Assembly: GCF_009914755.1 (NCBI RefSeq)
Contig: NC_060931.1
Length of the DNA: 64,000 bases
Source of the DNA: the human T2T-CHM13v2.0 reference genome, Homo sapiens
Direction: 5' to 3' (one strand)
Part shown: positions 1 through 15,568 of the stretch, piece by piece
How positions within the stretch are numbered: position 1 is the first letter of the stretch
Layout of the letters: each line of letters begins with the position of its first letter
Notes under the pieces: generated by a model
Database searches by the model: none
The model's input: only the letters and a program-made list of their open reading frames with translations
What the model was told of the DNA's origin: nothing
Position numbers and translations under genes: made by a program

Positions 1-248
1 GTGCAGTGGCGCAATCCCGGCTCACTGCAACCTCTGCTGGTAGGGTTCAAGTGATTCCCATGCCTCAGCCTCCTTAGTAGCTGGGATTACAGGCACGCAC
101 CACCACGCCTGGCTAATTTTTGTATTTTTAGTAGAGATGGGGTTTTGCCATGCTGGCCAGCTGGTCTTGAACTCCTGACCTCAAGTGATCCGCCCACCTC
201 AGTCTCCCAAAGTGCTGGAATTACAGGTGTGAGACACCACGCCCTGCC
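1..248 (-). mobile_element. Alu (AluS-type), cut off by the window edge
   Basis: Reverse Alu consensus (ctcactgcaacctc...cccaaagtgctggaattacagg). Confidence 0.95.
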
Positions 249-3200
249 TCTTTGGACATTTTTCTCACTCCAACAATTTAAGGAGAAGAGAGGTTCTTAG
301 TTACTGACAGGAAGGTGATTGCCCATTATTCTGAAACTCAAAAATAAAAGTGCAGAAAGATTGATCAGAGGATTTGCTCTCTCTGGAAATACCGGTCTTG
401 CCATCTTTCAAGCAAATAGCGGCTCACTGGTAGGAATTTCAAAACCTGTGCTTAAACTGCCAAATTCCTTTCCTCTGCTGTTCCCATTTCTCTGTAATGA
501 TGGCCCCAGAAGGGAGGCTTGGTGCAGGCTGACGCTTTCTCTGCCTTGGGCAGCATGGAATGTCTCGCCTTTGACACACAGCCAGGCTCCAAGGAGGTCC
601 TCCATAAACACTTGTGGATACATGTTTGTGGTCTGTGTCTGCAGTGCATTTACCTTCTCTACCTTCTCTATTATAATTCACATTAGTCCTCCTTTGTCTC
701 TCTAACAATAGAGAAGGGTAGGAAAACCTTTTTTGTAACCTAATTTCAAACTCATCACCTATTTCTTTCATTACAACCTTCATCATTTACAGCAAGCAAA
801 GCAAGCCTTAGGTCATCATTTTCCCATTAGTAGAGGACAGCAAGGGTTCACTTTATATGAATATTCTTTCCCTTTCCCACAAAGTAATGATCTAAGACTT
901 CTAGCTAGGGGGAAAAAAAATGGTGTTCTTCCCAACCTGGAAATGGCATTGCTCATTAAGTGACTGAGGCTTGCTGAATCCTATGCAAATCAGTCCTGAT
1001 GAGCCTTTAACTAATCTGTTTACAAACCAGACCTGCTAGACAGGCCTCAGTGATTTTCTATCAAAGCAAAAAGCACTGCTCTTTATGGGCATCTGGCTGT
1101 CCCTGAATGGGTAGTTTAAACATAGACTCTTTCCTTCAAAGTAAGATCAAAGGCTTTATGACTCCTAAATGAGTGCATTATTTCCACTTACTACCTTCTT
1201 GTTTGCAATTTGTGTTTATTAACAGCACTGTCTCAGGTTTACTTTGTGAATTACTAGTTTCTGAAAACAGTATGGCAGTTTTATGGACCACAGTATACAT
1301 TTGTGGAGATTATGTAGCATATAATATATAGAATGGCCCATCAGACAGGACATTAGGCAAAGACAGTTCTCTGCAAAGATGACAATGCCTGACCATGCAG
1401 AATACATTCATGATTTTTTTAAGGAAACCATCTGGCATAACAGGGCTAACACAAGAAAAGATTCCCCAGCTCTCCAGATTTGATAACTCTTTGACTACCT
1501 TAGAAGAATTTTCTTTGAAATTTTATTTCTTTTGAAGAGAGTAAGTACCTAAAGCTGTATCGTAGGTGAGGGAATGCCACTGGTACTTTTCAAGGAGAAG
1601 CACAAACAGGTTCTTTTAGAGAACAAGCAGATTGTTTTAAAAACCACAACAAAGATTCCAGCATGTAACTAACCACTTAAGAAACCCTTCTTTTAGTCCT
1701 TCAGCTAGCAGCTTCCCAGTGCGAAGACAGAGGTCTCTATCGTCCCTGGTCCTAACACAGAGATTAGAACCCTGTCCTTCACTCCCACCATCCAATTCAT
1801 CTTAGGAGGATAAAGCTGCCAAGAAAATTGCATCTTTTAAGATTTGTGGTGACTCAGGTATACAAGCTTCAAGGTGTCACTGACCTATAAAAGGGACTAG
1901 ACTAAACTGCAATGAGTACAGTGCAATGCAGGGAACATCCACCTTTGGAAGGGGCAGCTTTTAATGTCACTAGATGGTCCAGCCAGAAATTAAATGGGAT
2001 GGCCAGGAAAGGCCATAATCAGGGACCAAGCCACTGTTCAAAGTCATATCAGTTTTTAATAGATTTTTTTTTTTTGGACACTGAAGTGAGCATAAATTCA
2101 CAAGGATAAAAACACATTTGTCAGAACCCCATGGACAGACCCCCTACCAATCCAAAATGAATTGGGCTGAAAGTGGCAAGCTGGACAACAGGGAAACTAA
2201 ACCCATCATAAATCTTCTCCTTAAAAGTCTCTTCCAGCTTATCACCTTCTAAGTGTCCTTGATGGCCCAGTTCTGCCATTGCAACTTTGAAAAAAAAAAA
2301 AAAATCAGAGACTACGTATTAAACTCAAGTCAGAAAAGTATGCCTGCACACACAAGCAGAATCAGAAATTATGTTATAGAGGCTGGAGAAATAAGACATT
2401 CGGATCACAAAGTGACAAACATGAAAAATTTTAACTTGGAGATATGATGATTCCTAGAACTCACAAGAGGAAAGTAGTGTGAACAGGAGCACATTAGGCT
2501 TTAACTGTATAATGTTCATTAACATGTTAATGAACATTTATACTGGAACTATAATATGGCAGTTGAGGTACAGGATATAAAGATACTCTCCCTCTCCAGC
2601 AGTTTGTTTTATGTTTCACTCTGTATCCTGACTCTTGTTTAAGTCAACTGTTTGCATCTCTTTGTCTAAGACAAACGTTTCATCTCTGAGACAAAGGGTC
2701 AATTCTAGGCAAAGCAAAAGCCAAATAAATGAGTTAGGAGTTAACTAGTAGAGCATACTTACATTAGCGCAAATAAGCTATCAGGTCTCCTGGTCATCTT
2801 GGCTCATAAAAGGAACAAAACTAAACCAAGCAAGGAGAATGAATCATGTTTGGCACTTACAGAGAGTGGTCCTCAGGTCAGGGTTAAGGTCATTAAGGGG
2901 AGGGAGAGAGAGACGAGATGAAAGCTGCATTTGCTCTGGAGTCTCTGGGATTGGGACTCTGAAGTGAAATTTCTGGAAGAGGTCTCAAATAGTCTAAAAT
3001 TACCATAGAATACTTCAGTTCTATCCATAAATGGTATATAAACGAAGTTCAAGAGGCTCAAAACAAACATAAAAGACTAGTGAACTTAATATCATCTGAA
3101 CTCAGAGGGGCTGAAAAGCTCCATCTGGAAGTGAATTAACTCTTTCAGGGCACAAGGCTATCTCTTAATGGTGCTGGGAGGAGTAATTCACTTCCAAAAG

Positions 3201-3864
3201 GCCCAGACCATCATTTTTACAAGGAGAACTGGCAACAATTATGCTCAATTCGTATGATTAAAGGGAAAATAGTGAAAAGATTTTAAGTTTTGATTTGACA
3301 ATGTCCATGAGAAGTTTTCCACTCTAAAATCCTGTTTAGTATTGACACAATATTTATTCTAACCTACAGTAATCCAAACTCTAAAGTATTTTAGGCATTT
3401 ATCATGTTTAATGACTACAGCAAATGCCAAATTTTGTCCTTTTGAAGATAAAATGCTGCACTCAAAAAGTCATGGGATTTGCATATACAGCCAGGGCTGA
3501 GAAACACACCCCAAACCTGCTTTTGATTTTATGAGTCTGGCTGTGAAGAAGGTTTCCATAGTTTCTTCCTCTGCCAATGTCATTATTTCACAGAGAGGCC
3601 TGCCAAAATGCAGCTCGAAGCTAAGCTTATGTGTCAGGTTTATTCAAGTGGCTCATTCTAGATGAGCTTTCTTGCTATCTCTTTACCAGGCATGACGGAC
3701 TATCATTAATAAAAATGTATTGATCTCTGAATCTATTCCTGGCTATAAAAAAAACCTTAATAAATGAGATGGCTATATGAGCAATAAATAATACCTAACC
3801 AGAGAGAGTCCAAAAACTGTCAGAAGCACATGCCTCATGTTTTCTTAAACCCTTAACTATGGGG

Positions 3865-4005
3865 AATCAGAATTTTAGAGCTAAAACAAACCTTAAAGAT
3901 CAATGGGATGCCCTCATTTTAAAGAGAAGGAAACAGATCTACAACACACACAGCTTAGTGCTGACCTAGGGCTAGAGCTCACGTCTCCTGTCTCCCAGCC
4001 CGGGA
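3865..4005 (-). mobile_element. MIR fragment
   Basis: Resembles the MIR core: cctcattttaaagagaaggaaac...gggctagagctcacgtctcctg. Confidence 0.55.
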
Positions 4006-5051
4006 ACCATTCTTGTAACCAAGGCATTCGAAAGCACTCCCTGTAGGCTGGTTGCAAAGGGCTTCTGATTTACTGTGTTTTCCTATTAATGCTCTAATCT
4101 GAATAAAGAAGTGTTCATCCCCTTTAGATATTCTTGAATTATTAAATGATGAATACAATTACATAGCAAAAGGTCATCTTCAGTCTGTCTGCCACCAATG
4201 AGAGACGATTCCACTTGCGCATCGGTATGATGGACACGCTAGTTTATGGGTCTGACACCTTGCATGGAATGTTACAAATCCCTATGATGTCCTTAAGCTC
4301 CCTCTTCAATTGAACTGAAAGATGGCTAAAAACCCCACTCAAGCAGACGCCTCCCCATTGGCTGGCCATTTGAGAATACTCAAGGGTGCAGTTACCGCAG
4401 CTGAGGCTGGTAGTAACTCGTGCTGTTTTCCTGAGCAGCAGCAGGCTTCTGATAGTAGCCTGGGTAGAATTTATGCACGTGGATAATTTTGCCCCATTCT
4501 CTGCTCAGATTTGCCTTTCTCCCCCCTATAATGTGGACATAATATACACATTTCTGATTGCTTAGAAAACAAGATAGAAATTTGTGTAATGTGAAGAATG
4601 GCCAAGGAGTAGGCCCAGTTCATTTGGTGTTCACTTACATGTGGACTCAGCTGTGGCTGAGCCGTGTGCTCCATTATAATGGTGTCAGATCAGTAGGATG
4701 GCAAAGAGTCTCTCATACACCTATTTACAGATTCCCTTGAGTAAATCAAACCTAGATTATTCTGAGATTCACCTCATGTCTCAAGGTCTACATAGCATGT
4801 TATGTAAGATTACATTTGCAACTGCTGTACTCCATAAGGGGCAATAGGTGCATGCTTTACTGTATGCAAGTACATAAAAGTTTAGACTAAGCTTGCTACC
4901 AAAAATGCATACTCTCTCTTCCAGAATTTCTCCAGTTTTAGCAGCATAAGCTAAACTTTTGACTAATAAACTTGGTCTGCTAAGCAAGAATCTTTAAGAA
5001 AACGTTTATGCAGTCAGTAATTCACCTAACATAAATGTAATGCCCTAGCTT

Positions 5052-5600
5052 TCACTCATTCATTCATTTATTCAAACGCTTATTGAGCTCTTAATGCTAG
5101 GTGCTGAACTCAACGCAAACCTCAAAGCTGATACGACACATTCTGTGCCGTCCAGCTCACAGTCTGGTGAGGAAGACAAATGAGCAAAGCTGCAAATATA
5201 ATGTAACAGGGCAAGTCCTATGATGAGAAAGATGTCAACAAACTGCTGTGAAAACAGAGTGGAAACGACTGAGTCTGAAGTTGCTGAGGAAGGCTTTTTA
5301 GAAGACAACAGTGCTGAACCGGTCACGGTGCCAGAAGGGGCGGCATTCCAAATGGAAGAAATGGCATGTGCAAATGTACTGAGGTGTGCAAAGCATGGCA
5401 CGTTTGGGAAAAGACAAGTATTGTGGGCAGTGGTGCTGGTGAAATAGAAGCCCCAGCAGGATGGCTTTGGAGACCAGACTGTATCCTAGGCTCAAACATT
5501 CTAAACAGGGTTGGCCGGATTGGATTTCAGTCTTAGAAAGACCTCTCTTGCAGCAGTGCTCAGCAATTGGGAAATAAAACCAGGCTGGTGGCCAAGAAGC
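5052..5600 (-). mobile_element. L2 3' fragment
   Basis: (attc)n tail, then tattgagc...ctaggtgctg...agctcacagtctggtg, typical of the L2 3' end. Confidence 0.7.
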
Positions 5601-5624
5601 AGCTTTAAATCTAGAGTCAGAAAG

Positions 5625-5822
5625 CTTAGTAGCTGCCAATGGCTGGGGGCCGGGAGAATGAGCAGTGATTACAAATGGATGCACGGGATTTTGCAGGGGT
5701 GATGGAATGTTCTAAAACTGAATTGTGGTGAGGGTTGTAAAACTCTCAGTTTACGAAAAGCCATTCATTGTATAAAAGGAGCAAATTTCATTGTATGTAC
5801 ACTATACCTTTAAAAAGCTGTT
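5625..5822 (+). mobile_element. Old L1M 3' end fragment
   Basis: ggtgatggaatgttctaaaactgaattgtggtgagggttg matches L1MB-ME 3' UTR termini. Confidence 0.7.
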
Positions 5823-5867
5823 AGGGAAAATAAAAGGTGTCGCTGCAGATACTGAAGTGCCCTAGAT

Positions 5868-6211
5868 CAGGGGTCTCCAACCCCCGGGCTGAGGACCAGT
5901 ACTGACCTGGTCCGTGGCCTGTTAGGAACTGGGTTGCGGGGCAGGTGAGTGGCCAGCCGGTGAGCAAGCATTACTGCCTAAGCTCTGCCTCCTGTCAGAT
6001 CAGCAGCTGCATTACATTCTCATAGGATCCTGAACCGTATTGCGAACTGCACATGTGAGGGATCTAGGTTGTGTGCTCCTTACAAGAATCGAATGCCTGA
6101 TGATCTGAGGTGGAACAGCTTCATCCCAAAACCATTCCTCCAACCACCACCCATGGAAAAACTGTCTTCCACAAAACCAGTCCCTGGTGCCAAAAATGTT
6201 GGGGACTGCTG
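5868..6211 (+). mobile_element. MER1B (hAT-Charlie) non-autonomous DNA transposon
   Basis: Termini CAGGGGTCTCCAAC...GTTGGGGACTGCTG. Perfect 8-bp target-site duplication ccctagat at 5860-5867 and 6212-6219. Confidence 0.9.
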
Positions 6212-6427
6212 CCCTAGATAAGAACTGGTGAGGGCCTATAATAGGCACTAGAGATTTAGAATTAGCTAAGGAGAATGGGTGGAGGAATGGAGGAGTCAGG
6301 GATGGGTCCTGAAAGCCTGGGAGGAGTCGTGGGATAGGACCAGAAGGAGAAGCAGGGCTTTGGGGGAAAATGAGGAGCTCAGGTTTTGATATGCTGAGTT
6401 CAGGTCTTGTGGAACATACACCTAGAG

Positions 6428-6628
6428 CAGCGTTTCTTAAACTTTGCCTGACTGGCATTTTGGGCAGGATAACTATTGTTGTGGGTGCTGTCCCGTGCAT
6501 TATAAGAGGTTTAGCAACATTCTTGGCCTCTGCCCACTAAATGCCAGTAAAATGGACAACCAAAAATGTCTCCAGCCATTGCCATGTGTCCCCCCTGGCA
6601 AGCAAAACTGCCACAGTTGAGAACCACT
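6428..6628. mobile_element. MER20 (hAT-Charlie)
   Basis: ctgtcccgtgcattataagaggtttagcaacatt...aaaaatgtctccagccattgcca...gttgagaaccact. Confidence 0.85.
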
Positions 6629-6669
6629 TATCAAAAGATCTTAACTCATGATATTTTCCTTAGGCTTTT

Positions 6670-7300
6670 TAAAAATTGAGAGGTAATTCACTATTTACAA
6701 GTATACAACTCAGTGATTTTAAAATATATCCACAAAGTTGTGAACCACCACTATTAATTCCAGAACATTTTCATCACTCCCCCCAAAAAACTCCATATCC
6801 GTTAGCAGTCACTCCCCATTTCCCCCTCTCCAGTCCTTGGAAACCACTCATCTACTGTCTGTATGGATTTGCCTATTATCCAATACTTCAAATAAGTAGA
6901 ATCATACAATATGTGGCCCTTTGCATCTGCCGCCTTTCACTTGGTATGTTTTTAAGTTCATCCATGTGGTAGCATGGATCAGTACTTTATTCCTTCGTAT
7001 GGCCAAGCAATCTTCCATTGTGCAGATATGACAGTTTGTTCATCCAATCATCAGTTGGGGGATATTTGGATTGTTTCCACTTTTTAGCTATTATGAATAA
7101 TGCTGCTATGAACATTTGTGTACAAGCTTTGTGTGGATATATTTTTTTCCTTATGCATCTAGGAGTGAAATTGCTGGATCATGTGCCAACACTGTTTAAC
7201 CTTTTGAGGAACTACCGAGCTATTTTCCAAAGTGGCTGCACCATTTTATATTCCCAGCAGCAATGTATAAGGGTTCCAGTTTTTCCATATGCTGCTATCA
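6670..7300 (-). mobile_element. L1MB-type LINE-1 3' fragment
   Basis: ttccagaacattttcatcac...ttgtttccactttttagctattatgaataatgctgctatgaacatt. Confidence 0.85.
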
Positions 7301-7639
7301 TGTGTGATTGTCCTTATATCTTTTGTTTTCATTTCCAGAAAGCATTTAATATTAAGCTAGATGGTTTATGACAACTTCATAGATGAGAAAATGAATGGTC
7401 AGTAGAGGGTGGCTTGTACAGGGTCACACTCAGAGGTAATTCCTTTCCAGCACAAATATTTTGTTCGTGTTGAAAACTGTATAATTGATTACAATTCTAT
7501 TCTATCCTTCACGTAAGATGCTGACGGGCTGAAATGTGATCTGATCTGTTTTTGCTGGTTCCTTTAATTTGCAGAGATTTGGCCACAGTTAAACCCCTTC
7601 CCTCTCAACTACTCGAAAGGCAGCATTTAGCAAGTAGCC

Positions 7640-9450
7640 TCTCTGTTGTGCCATTACTTCCCCTCGTTACTGGATCATTCCACTTCCATCCGTATAATCC
7701 CATAACATTTCCTATTTTAAAAATATAATAAAACTCCTCCTGGTCCCTTATTTGCTGCCAATGTCTATCCCATTTGTCTGTTTTCCTCTGCAGCAAAGCT
7801 CTTCAAGAATTCTCTATACTTACTGTTTCCAATTCCTCTCCCACTCTCAATCCAACTCTCATTTCCAAGACTCCACCAAAACTCTTGAAAAAGTCACCAG
7901 TGATAGCTCTTTTGCCAAATCCAAATGATTCTCAGCCCTATTACTCAACTCACAGATCATCATTCCCTCCTTAAAATACTGTTTTCATTTGGCTCCTGGG
8001 ACACTGCTCCCATGTTTTTCCCCTACTTTACTGATCTCTCTGCTTCAGTCTCATTTGCTTGTCCCCCCTCATTTTCCTAACCACTAAAGTTACAGTAACA
8101 CAGGGCTCAGTCCTTGGACTGTTGTTCTTCTTTACTTAGATGTCTATTAAGGCATCTCATATAAATCTCTGATTTTTTTCTCCTAAACTTCCTACAATCC
8201 TCCCCAAATCTTCCCCCCATGATCTTCCCCATATAGGAAATGGCAACTTCTTTCTTCTGCTTTCTCAGGCCACTGACAGTGGGATTATCCCTGACTCCCT
8301 ACTTTCTCTCTCATGCCATCCATCAGTTAGTGGCTCTGTTTTCTAGGTTCAGAATCTAACCACTTCTTGCCTCCTCCATCATTTTAACATTCTGGTCCCA
8401 GCTACCACCTCTCAACTGGGTTATTACTATTGCCTCCGAATTGGTCTCCTTGTTTCCAGCCTTGCTCCTACAGACTCTTCTCCACACAGCATCCAGAGTG
8501 ATCCCTTTAAAAAAGTAGGTCAGATCACATCAATCTGGTGAAAAAGTTTCACAGGCTGCTTGTGATAGGCTGTTTGCAAAAAGGCCACCATAATGCCCCT
8601 CTTTGTGTCCACACTCTTATGCAGACCCCACATATGCTGATTCTGGGCTTGGCTATGACATTTGCTGTGGCCAAGGGGAAAGTACAAACATGAAGCAAGC
8701 AGAGGCTTAGAAAGTCAGGGCTTGTCCTATGCTGCTGCTGGGATGCTTCCACCACTATGTGAACAAATTCATACCAGCCTCCTGGAGAATGCATGAAAAC
8801 ATGGAGAGAAGCCCCAACCATTCCAGCTGTCCCAGCTGAGTAAAGCCAAACTAGACACTCTAGCTGCAGATGAGCTGGTCTAGGCCAGAATAATAATATG
8901 GCCAACCCACAGAATCTTGAAAAACAATACATGTTTGTTGTTTTAAGCCACTAAATTTTGGGGTGATTTGTTATCCAGCAAAAGCTAACTGATACATTGC
9001 CCATTTTGCTCAGAATAAAAGCCAGTGTCCTAACATACCCTGCAAGGCCCCATATGATCTGGCCACCCTCATTCTGTGCCACTTCACTTATAGCCTCCCT
9101 GTTATTCCTCATATTCAGTACTGTCCTACCTCAGGGCCTTGGTACTTTCTGTCCCCTTTGCCTGGAATGTTTGTTCCTCAGATACCTGCATTGCTTACTC
9201 CCTTACCTCTGCTCAATTGACACCTTATTGGGGAGAACTTTCCTTATCACCCTAAGAAAATACCCCTGGCACTCCCTATCCATCCCCGTTATCCTGCTTT
9301 TTCTTTTTAGTTCTTCTTATCTGAAAAATACATATTTCTTGTCTGTCACAAACACATGAGACACCAGAACTTATGCTCTGCAAGGGCAGAAATCTTGTGT
9401 CTTGTTCATCACTGTATCCCCAGCACTTATAACAGTGCCTGGAATTTTTT
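7640..9450 (+). mobile_element. L2 (L2a-like), interrupted by an MLT1 LTR
   Basis: Pyrimidine-rich L2 body, ending gtcttgttcatcactgtatccccagcacttataacagtgcctgg. Confidence 0.75.
8561..8996 (+). mobile_element. MLT1 (ERVL-MaLR) solo LTR
   Basis: Characteristic end ttttaagccactaaattttggggtgatttgttatccagcaaaagctaactgataca. Confidence 0.85.
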
Positions 9451-9794
9451 ATCACCAGTAAAATGATGAAAGTAGTAATACTTCTGCCAAATTTGGTGTC
9501 TAGGTCTATTACCTGGAATGTTTCTAGAGGCTGAGGTGGGAAAAGTGGTGACTGTGCTCCATATTGGGGCATGTTACACTTAATGCTGGCTGAATTCCTA
9601 GAGAACTGATGACCTAAAAAACATTCAAACGAATACTCAATAAGGATTCAGGTAAAGCAGCAAAACACTAGCTTGCCACTGGCCAACTCAGAGCTTTGTT
9701 CCTTTTGACCTCCCCTCCTTTCTCTTTATTCCCATCCTTTCCCCATTAGTGTGAACATCAGTTTGTCAGAACATTAGTTCACCAAATGATGGGG

Positions 9795-9840
9795 AAGAAA
9801 CAAAAACACCAAGAAAGTATTACCAGTATAGAAATTTATT
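9795..9840 (-). terminator. HIBADH polyadenylation signal: AATAAA plus downstream GU/U-rich element
   Basis: tttatt at 9835-9840 reads AATAAA on the minus strand. It is followed ~25-45 nt downstream by TTCTTGGTGTTTTTGTTTCTT. Confidence 0.85.
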
Positions 9841-10591
9841 TGAATTCAAAATAATATGGCTATATTTATAATAATATAATAATTATCTAAAGCAAATATC
9901 ATCATTGGCTCTGAAATGCATCTAAAGATGTCATTCTTAAGTCAAAAAATACGTAGTAAGAATGAACAAGAAAGAAAAAAATATAAAAACAAGTCTGCTG
10001 AGTGTCGGGAGTTGGTGAGGGATATCCTACCATATTGTGACGGAGTCCAAATAGAAAACATGCAGCAACAGTTCTCCTGCTTTATCAGCTCCCTGGAAAA
10101 TAAACCAGTAACCCTGGTAGTGCAGTAACCATTTGGTTAACAGGACAAACTTCCTGATGGACACAGATAGTAATTCACTGCATTTCCCTTCTCTAACTTC
10201 TCTCTTCACACCAATTCCTTTTCTTTCCTTTAAGATGGGTTTCATCCTGTTGACAAAAGATTTGGTTTTATTTGTAAAGTAAAGCAGATAATATCCTGAT
10301 TGAAGTATTCAATGATTTAGTTGAGGATGCTTGGGGATCAAACTTTGTAAAAAGGTCAATTAAGCTAGTTAGCAGAGACTATCAGTGGCTTGCAGAAAAA
10401 AAATTCGGATAATATGTTTGTTAAAAAGACAAAAAGAATAAGCGGTGAAAAATCCTAGGGATTACTGTGACCTAGACAATCAAAAGCAGATAGGTGACCT
10501 TTGATTAAATCCATTTACTTGTGGAGTGAGCTAAAAGGAGGCTCCAAGACAGAGTTTGGTTCCCAACAGTGTCCGTGGCCAAAGGGCACAC
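9815..10591 (-). other. HIBADH: HIBADH 3' UTR (3' end approximate)
   Basis: Repeat-free sequence between the stop codon and the AATAAA at 9835-9840. Cleavage is inferred ~15-25 nt beyond the hexamer. Confidence 0.85.
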
Positions 10592-10750
10592 TCAGAAGGT
10601 CTCCTCCTCTCGTAGGAACTGGAACACGGATGAGAAGTCTTTCTTTGAGTAGCCCTTTGCACACATCATCCTGTAGATCTGATGGGCCAGACTGCCAAGA
10701 AGGATTGGGCTCTTTGTGCTGGTAGCAGAGTCTTGTGCCAATCCCAGATC
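10592..10750 (-). CDS. HIBADH: HIBADH last exon, coding part (159 nt): DLGLAQDSATSTKSPILLGSLAHQIYRMMCAKGYSKKDFSSVFQFLREEETF*
   Basis: Acceptor ctcctgtttgatttag|GAT. In frame with the previous exon (LMAK-DL). KDFSSV motif present; TGA stop at 10592-10594. Confidence 0.98.
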   Translation of the reverse strand, partial: DLGLAQDSATSTKSPILLGSLAHQIYRMMCAKGYSKKDFSSVFQFLREEETF

Positions 10751-11134
10751 CTAAATCAAACAGGAGGAGAGAACACGCTGAGACTGGTGGTAAAGGCTCT
10801 TTGGAACTGTGGTTCCTTATGTTTTGGTTTGAAAGAAGGAAAAATGTAATCTGAAAAAATAAGATACTTATAAATACTATGGTAAGTTAACATTTTTAAA
10901 TAAGCGCTTTCATATAACTGCAAAATTGCTCCAGACAGAAACCTTGATTTCTGAGTGTCTCTTCGATTTTTCCACCTTCCACAATACCTGTTTGTTTTGT
11001 TCCACAGATTTGAAGAAAAAAAATTTCCCTGTGTAATCTTATCTGTGGAAATCTTTAAGACATAAATTTTTTTTAAAAAATTCTTAAATGAAAACAAGGA
11101 GAAATAAAACTGCAAAACAGGAAATACAGTTGCA

Positions 11135-11890
11135 AATATTACTTCATCCAATAAATATTTGAAGTGTGCTGACAATGTGCCAGAAGCTGGGATAAAATGA
11201 TGAGCAAAACAGCCACAGCCCACCCAAACTCACATTGTGTTAAGGAGAAAGACAATTAAATAAGCATGGTATAATTGGATAGGAGGAGTACTATCATGGG
11301 ATCCAAGGAAGCAGGGTCTGGGGTGCTGGGAAAGGTGAAGAAAAAGAAGACAGTGAAGCACAGACCTGGAGCCAGGTGAAAACATGGGGGTGGCAGGGAG
11401 GTGGTGGGCAAGGAAGAATGATCCATCCTGGCAGACAATGTGACAGCAAATGTGAAGCAAATGTGAAGGTTTCCAAGAGACAGAACAAGAGGGAGAAGTG
11501 AGTTCAGCACGATGAAAGCAAGGAGAGGGGGATGGGAAAGAAAATCAGTCTGGTTGAGGCAAGCAAAAGCCAAGGCATCTGGGGGCTTGTCAGACAAGTT
11601 GCAGGGATGGACTTTAATCTCCAAGTAACTGAAACTACAAAAGCTTCAAAGGAGAAGTGACACAATCAGGATTTTACATTTTAGAAAGCTCACTCTTGCT
11701 TTGATATGGAAAATAAACTGGAGAAGATCAGGCTGAAAGACAAGATCAGTTAAGATGTATTTGTGGTACAACACAAACGAGGCTCAGCCAAGGTACAGCT
11801 AGCTGGGGAGGAGGGAGCTGGATGAATTCAAGGCATATTCAAGAAGCAGAATGAACAAACGTCATGGGGAATGAGGGAGAGTAAGCCAAG
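11135..11890 (-). mobile_element. L2 fragment
   Basis: caataaatatttgaagtgtgctgacaatgtgccag...ttttagaaagctcactcttgct. Confidence 0.65.
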
Positions 11891-11892
11891 TA

Positions 11893-14553
<2,661 letters not shown>

Positions 14554-14565
14554 TGTGGTATCTAG

Positions 14566-14883
<318 letters not shown>

Positions 14884-14906
14884 GTATTCTTACTTTTTAA
14901 TCAGGA

Positions 14907-14936
14907 AAAACAAACAAACAAACAAACAAACAAAAA
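14907..14936. repeat. (AAAC)n microsatellite
   Basis: aaaacaaacaaacaaacaaacaaacaaaaa. Confidence 0.9.
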
Positions 14937-15304
14937 CCAACCCTCAACTGGGAGAAAATAAGCACTGCAGAAATCTGAAAGTTAGCTGGTCTAAAAATTA
15001 TTTTCTGTAGTTGAGAACATAGACTTTCTAAAGTTGAGATCTCAAATAAGAGAAGGATGACAGTTTGCTTTTCCAATGACTTAACTAGTTTTTATATATA
15101 AATCCATATATTAAAATCTTAAAGCAGGAAGATGTATTTGGAAATCTATTATCAATGGGAAAATCCTCTCTTCGTGATGCATATATGCACTGCCAGTGTA
15201 TTATTAACAATGAGAAAATTCTCACTGTTCTCATTTAAGAAGTTGGTAAATTAACATAAATTAATGGTGAACGAAATTTTACCGGCTCATATAAATAAAC
15301 CCAA

Positions 15305-15349
15305 GTGCGCACACACACACACACGCACACACATACACACACACACATG
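15305..15349. repeat. Interrupted (CA)n purine-pyrimidine tract
   Basis: gtgcgcacacacacacacacgcacacacatacacacacacacatg. Confidence 0.9.
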
Positions 15350-15568
15350 GTCTGGCCCATTCTTCTCAACCAAAAGGCCAGGAATAAAAATGAACAAGAT
15401 AAGGATTTTCATCTAAGTTAGGTTTTTACTCATTTTCAGTGAGAGTGAATATTCTAGTAATTTTGCCTCTTACCTGAGACATATGCTTTATTAAGAGAAA
15501 GAGAAGGAAGGTGTTATTGGACCGTGAAACGTTTTTCCTTCTCTCTTGGGTGTCTACATTTACCATAC

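Noticed and set aside
319-786. Four overlapping ORFs on both strands
   Set aside because: No protein similarity and no convincing exon structure; moderate GC content explains the open frames.
6012-6500. 162-aa minus-strand ORF
   Set aside because: It spans MER20, L2-like and MER1B sequence; FGTRDWFCGRQFFHG is a typical MER1 read-through.
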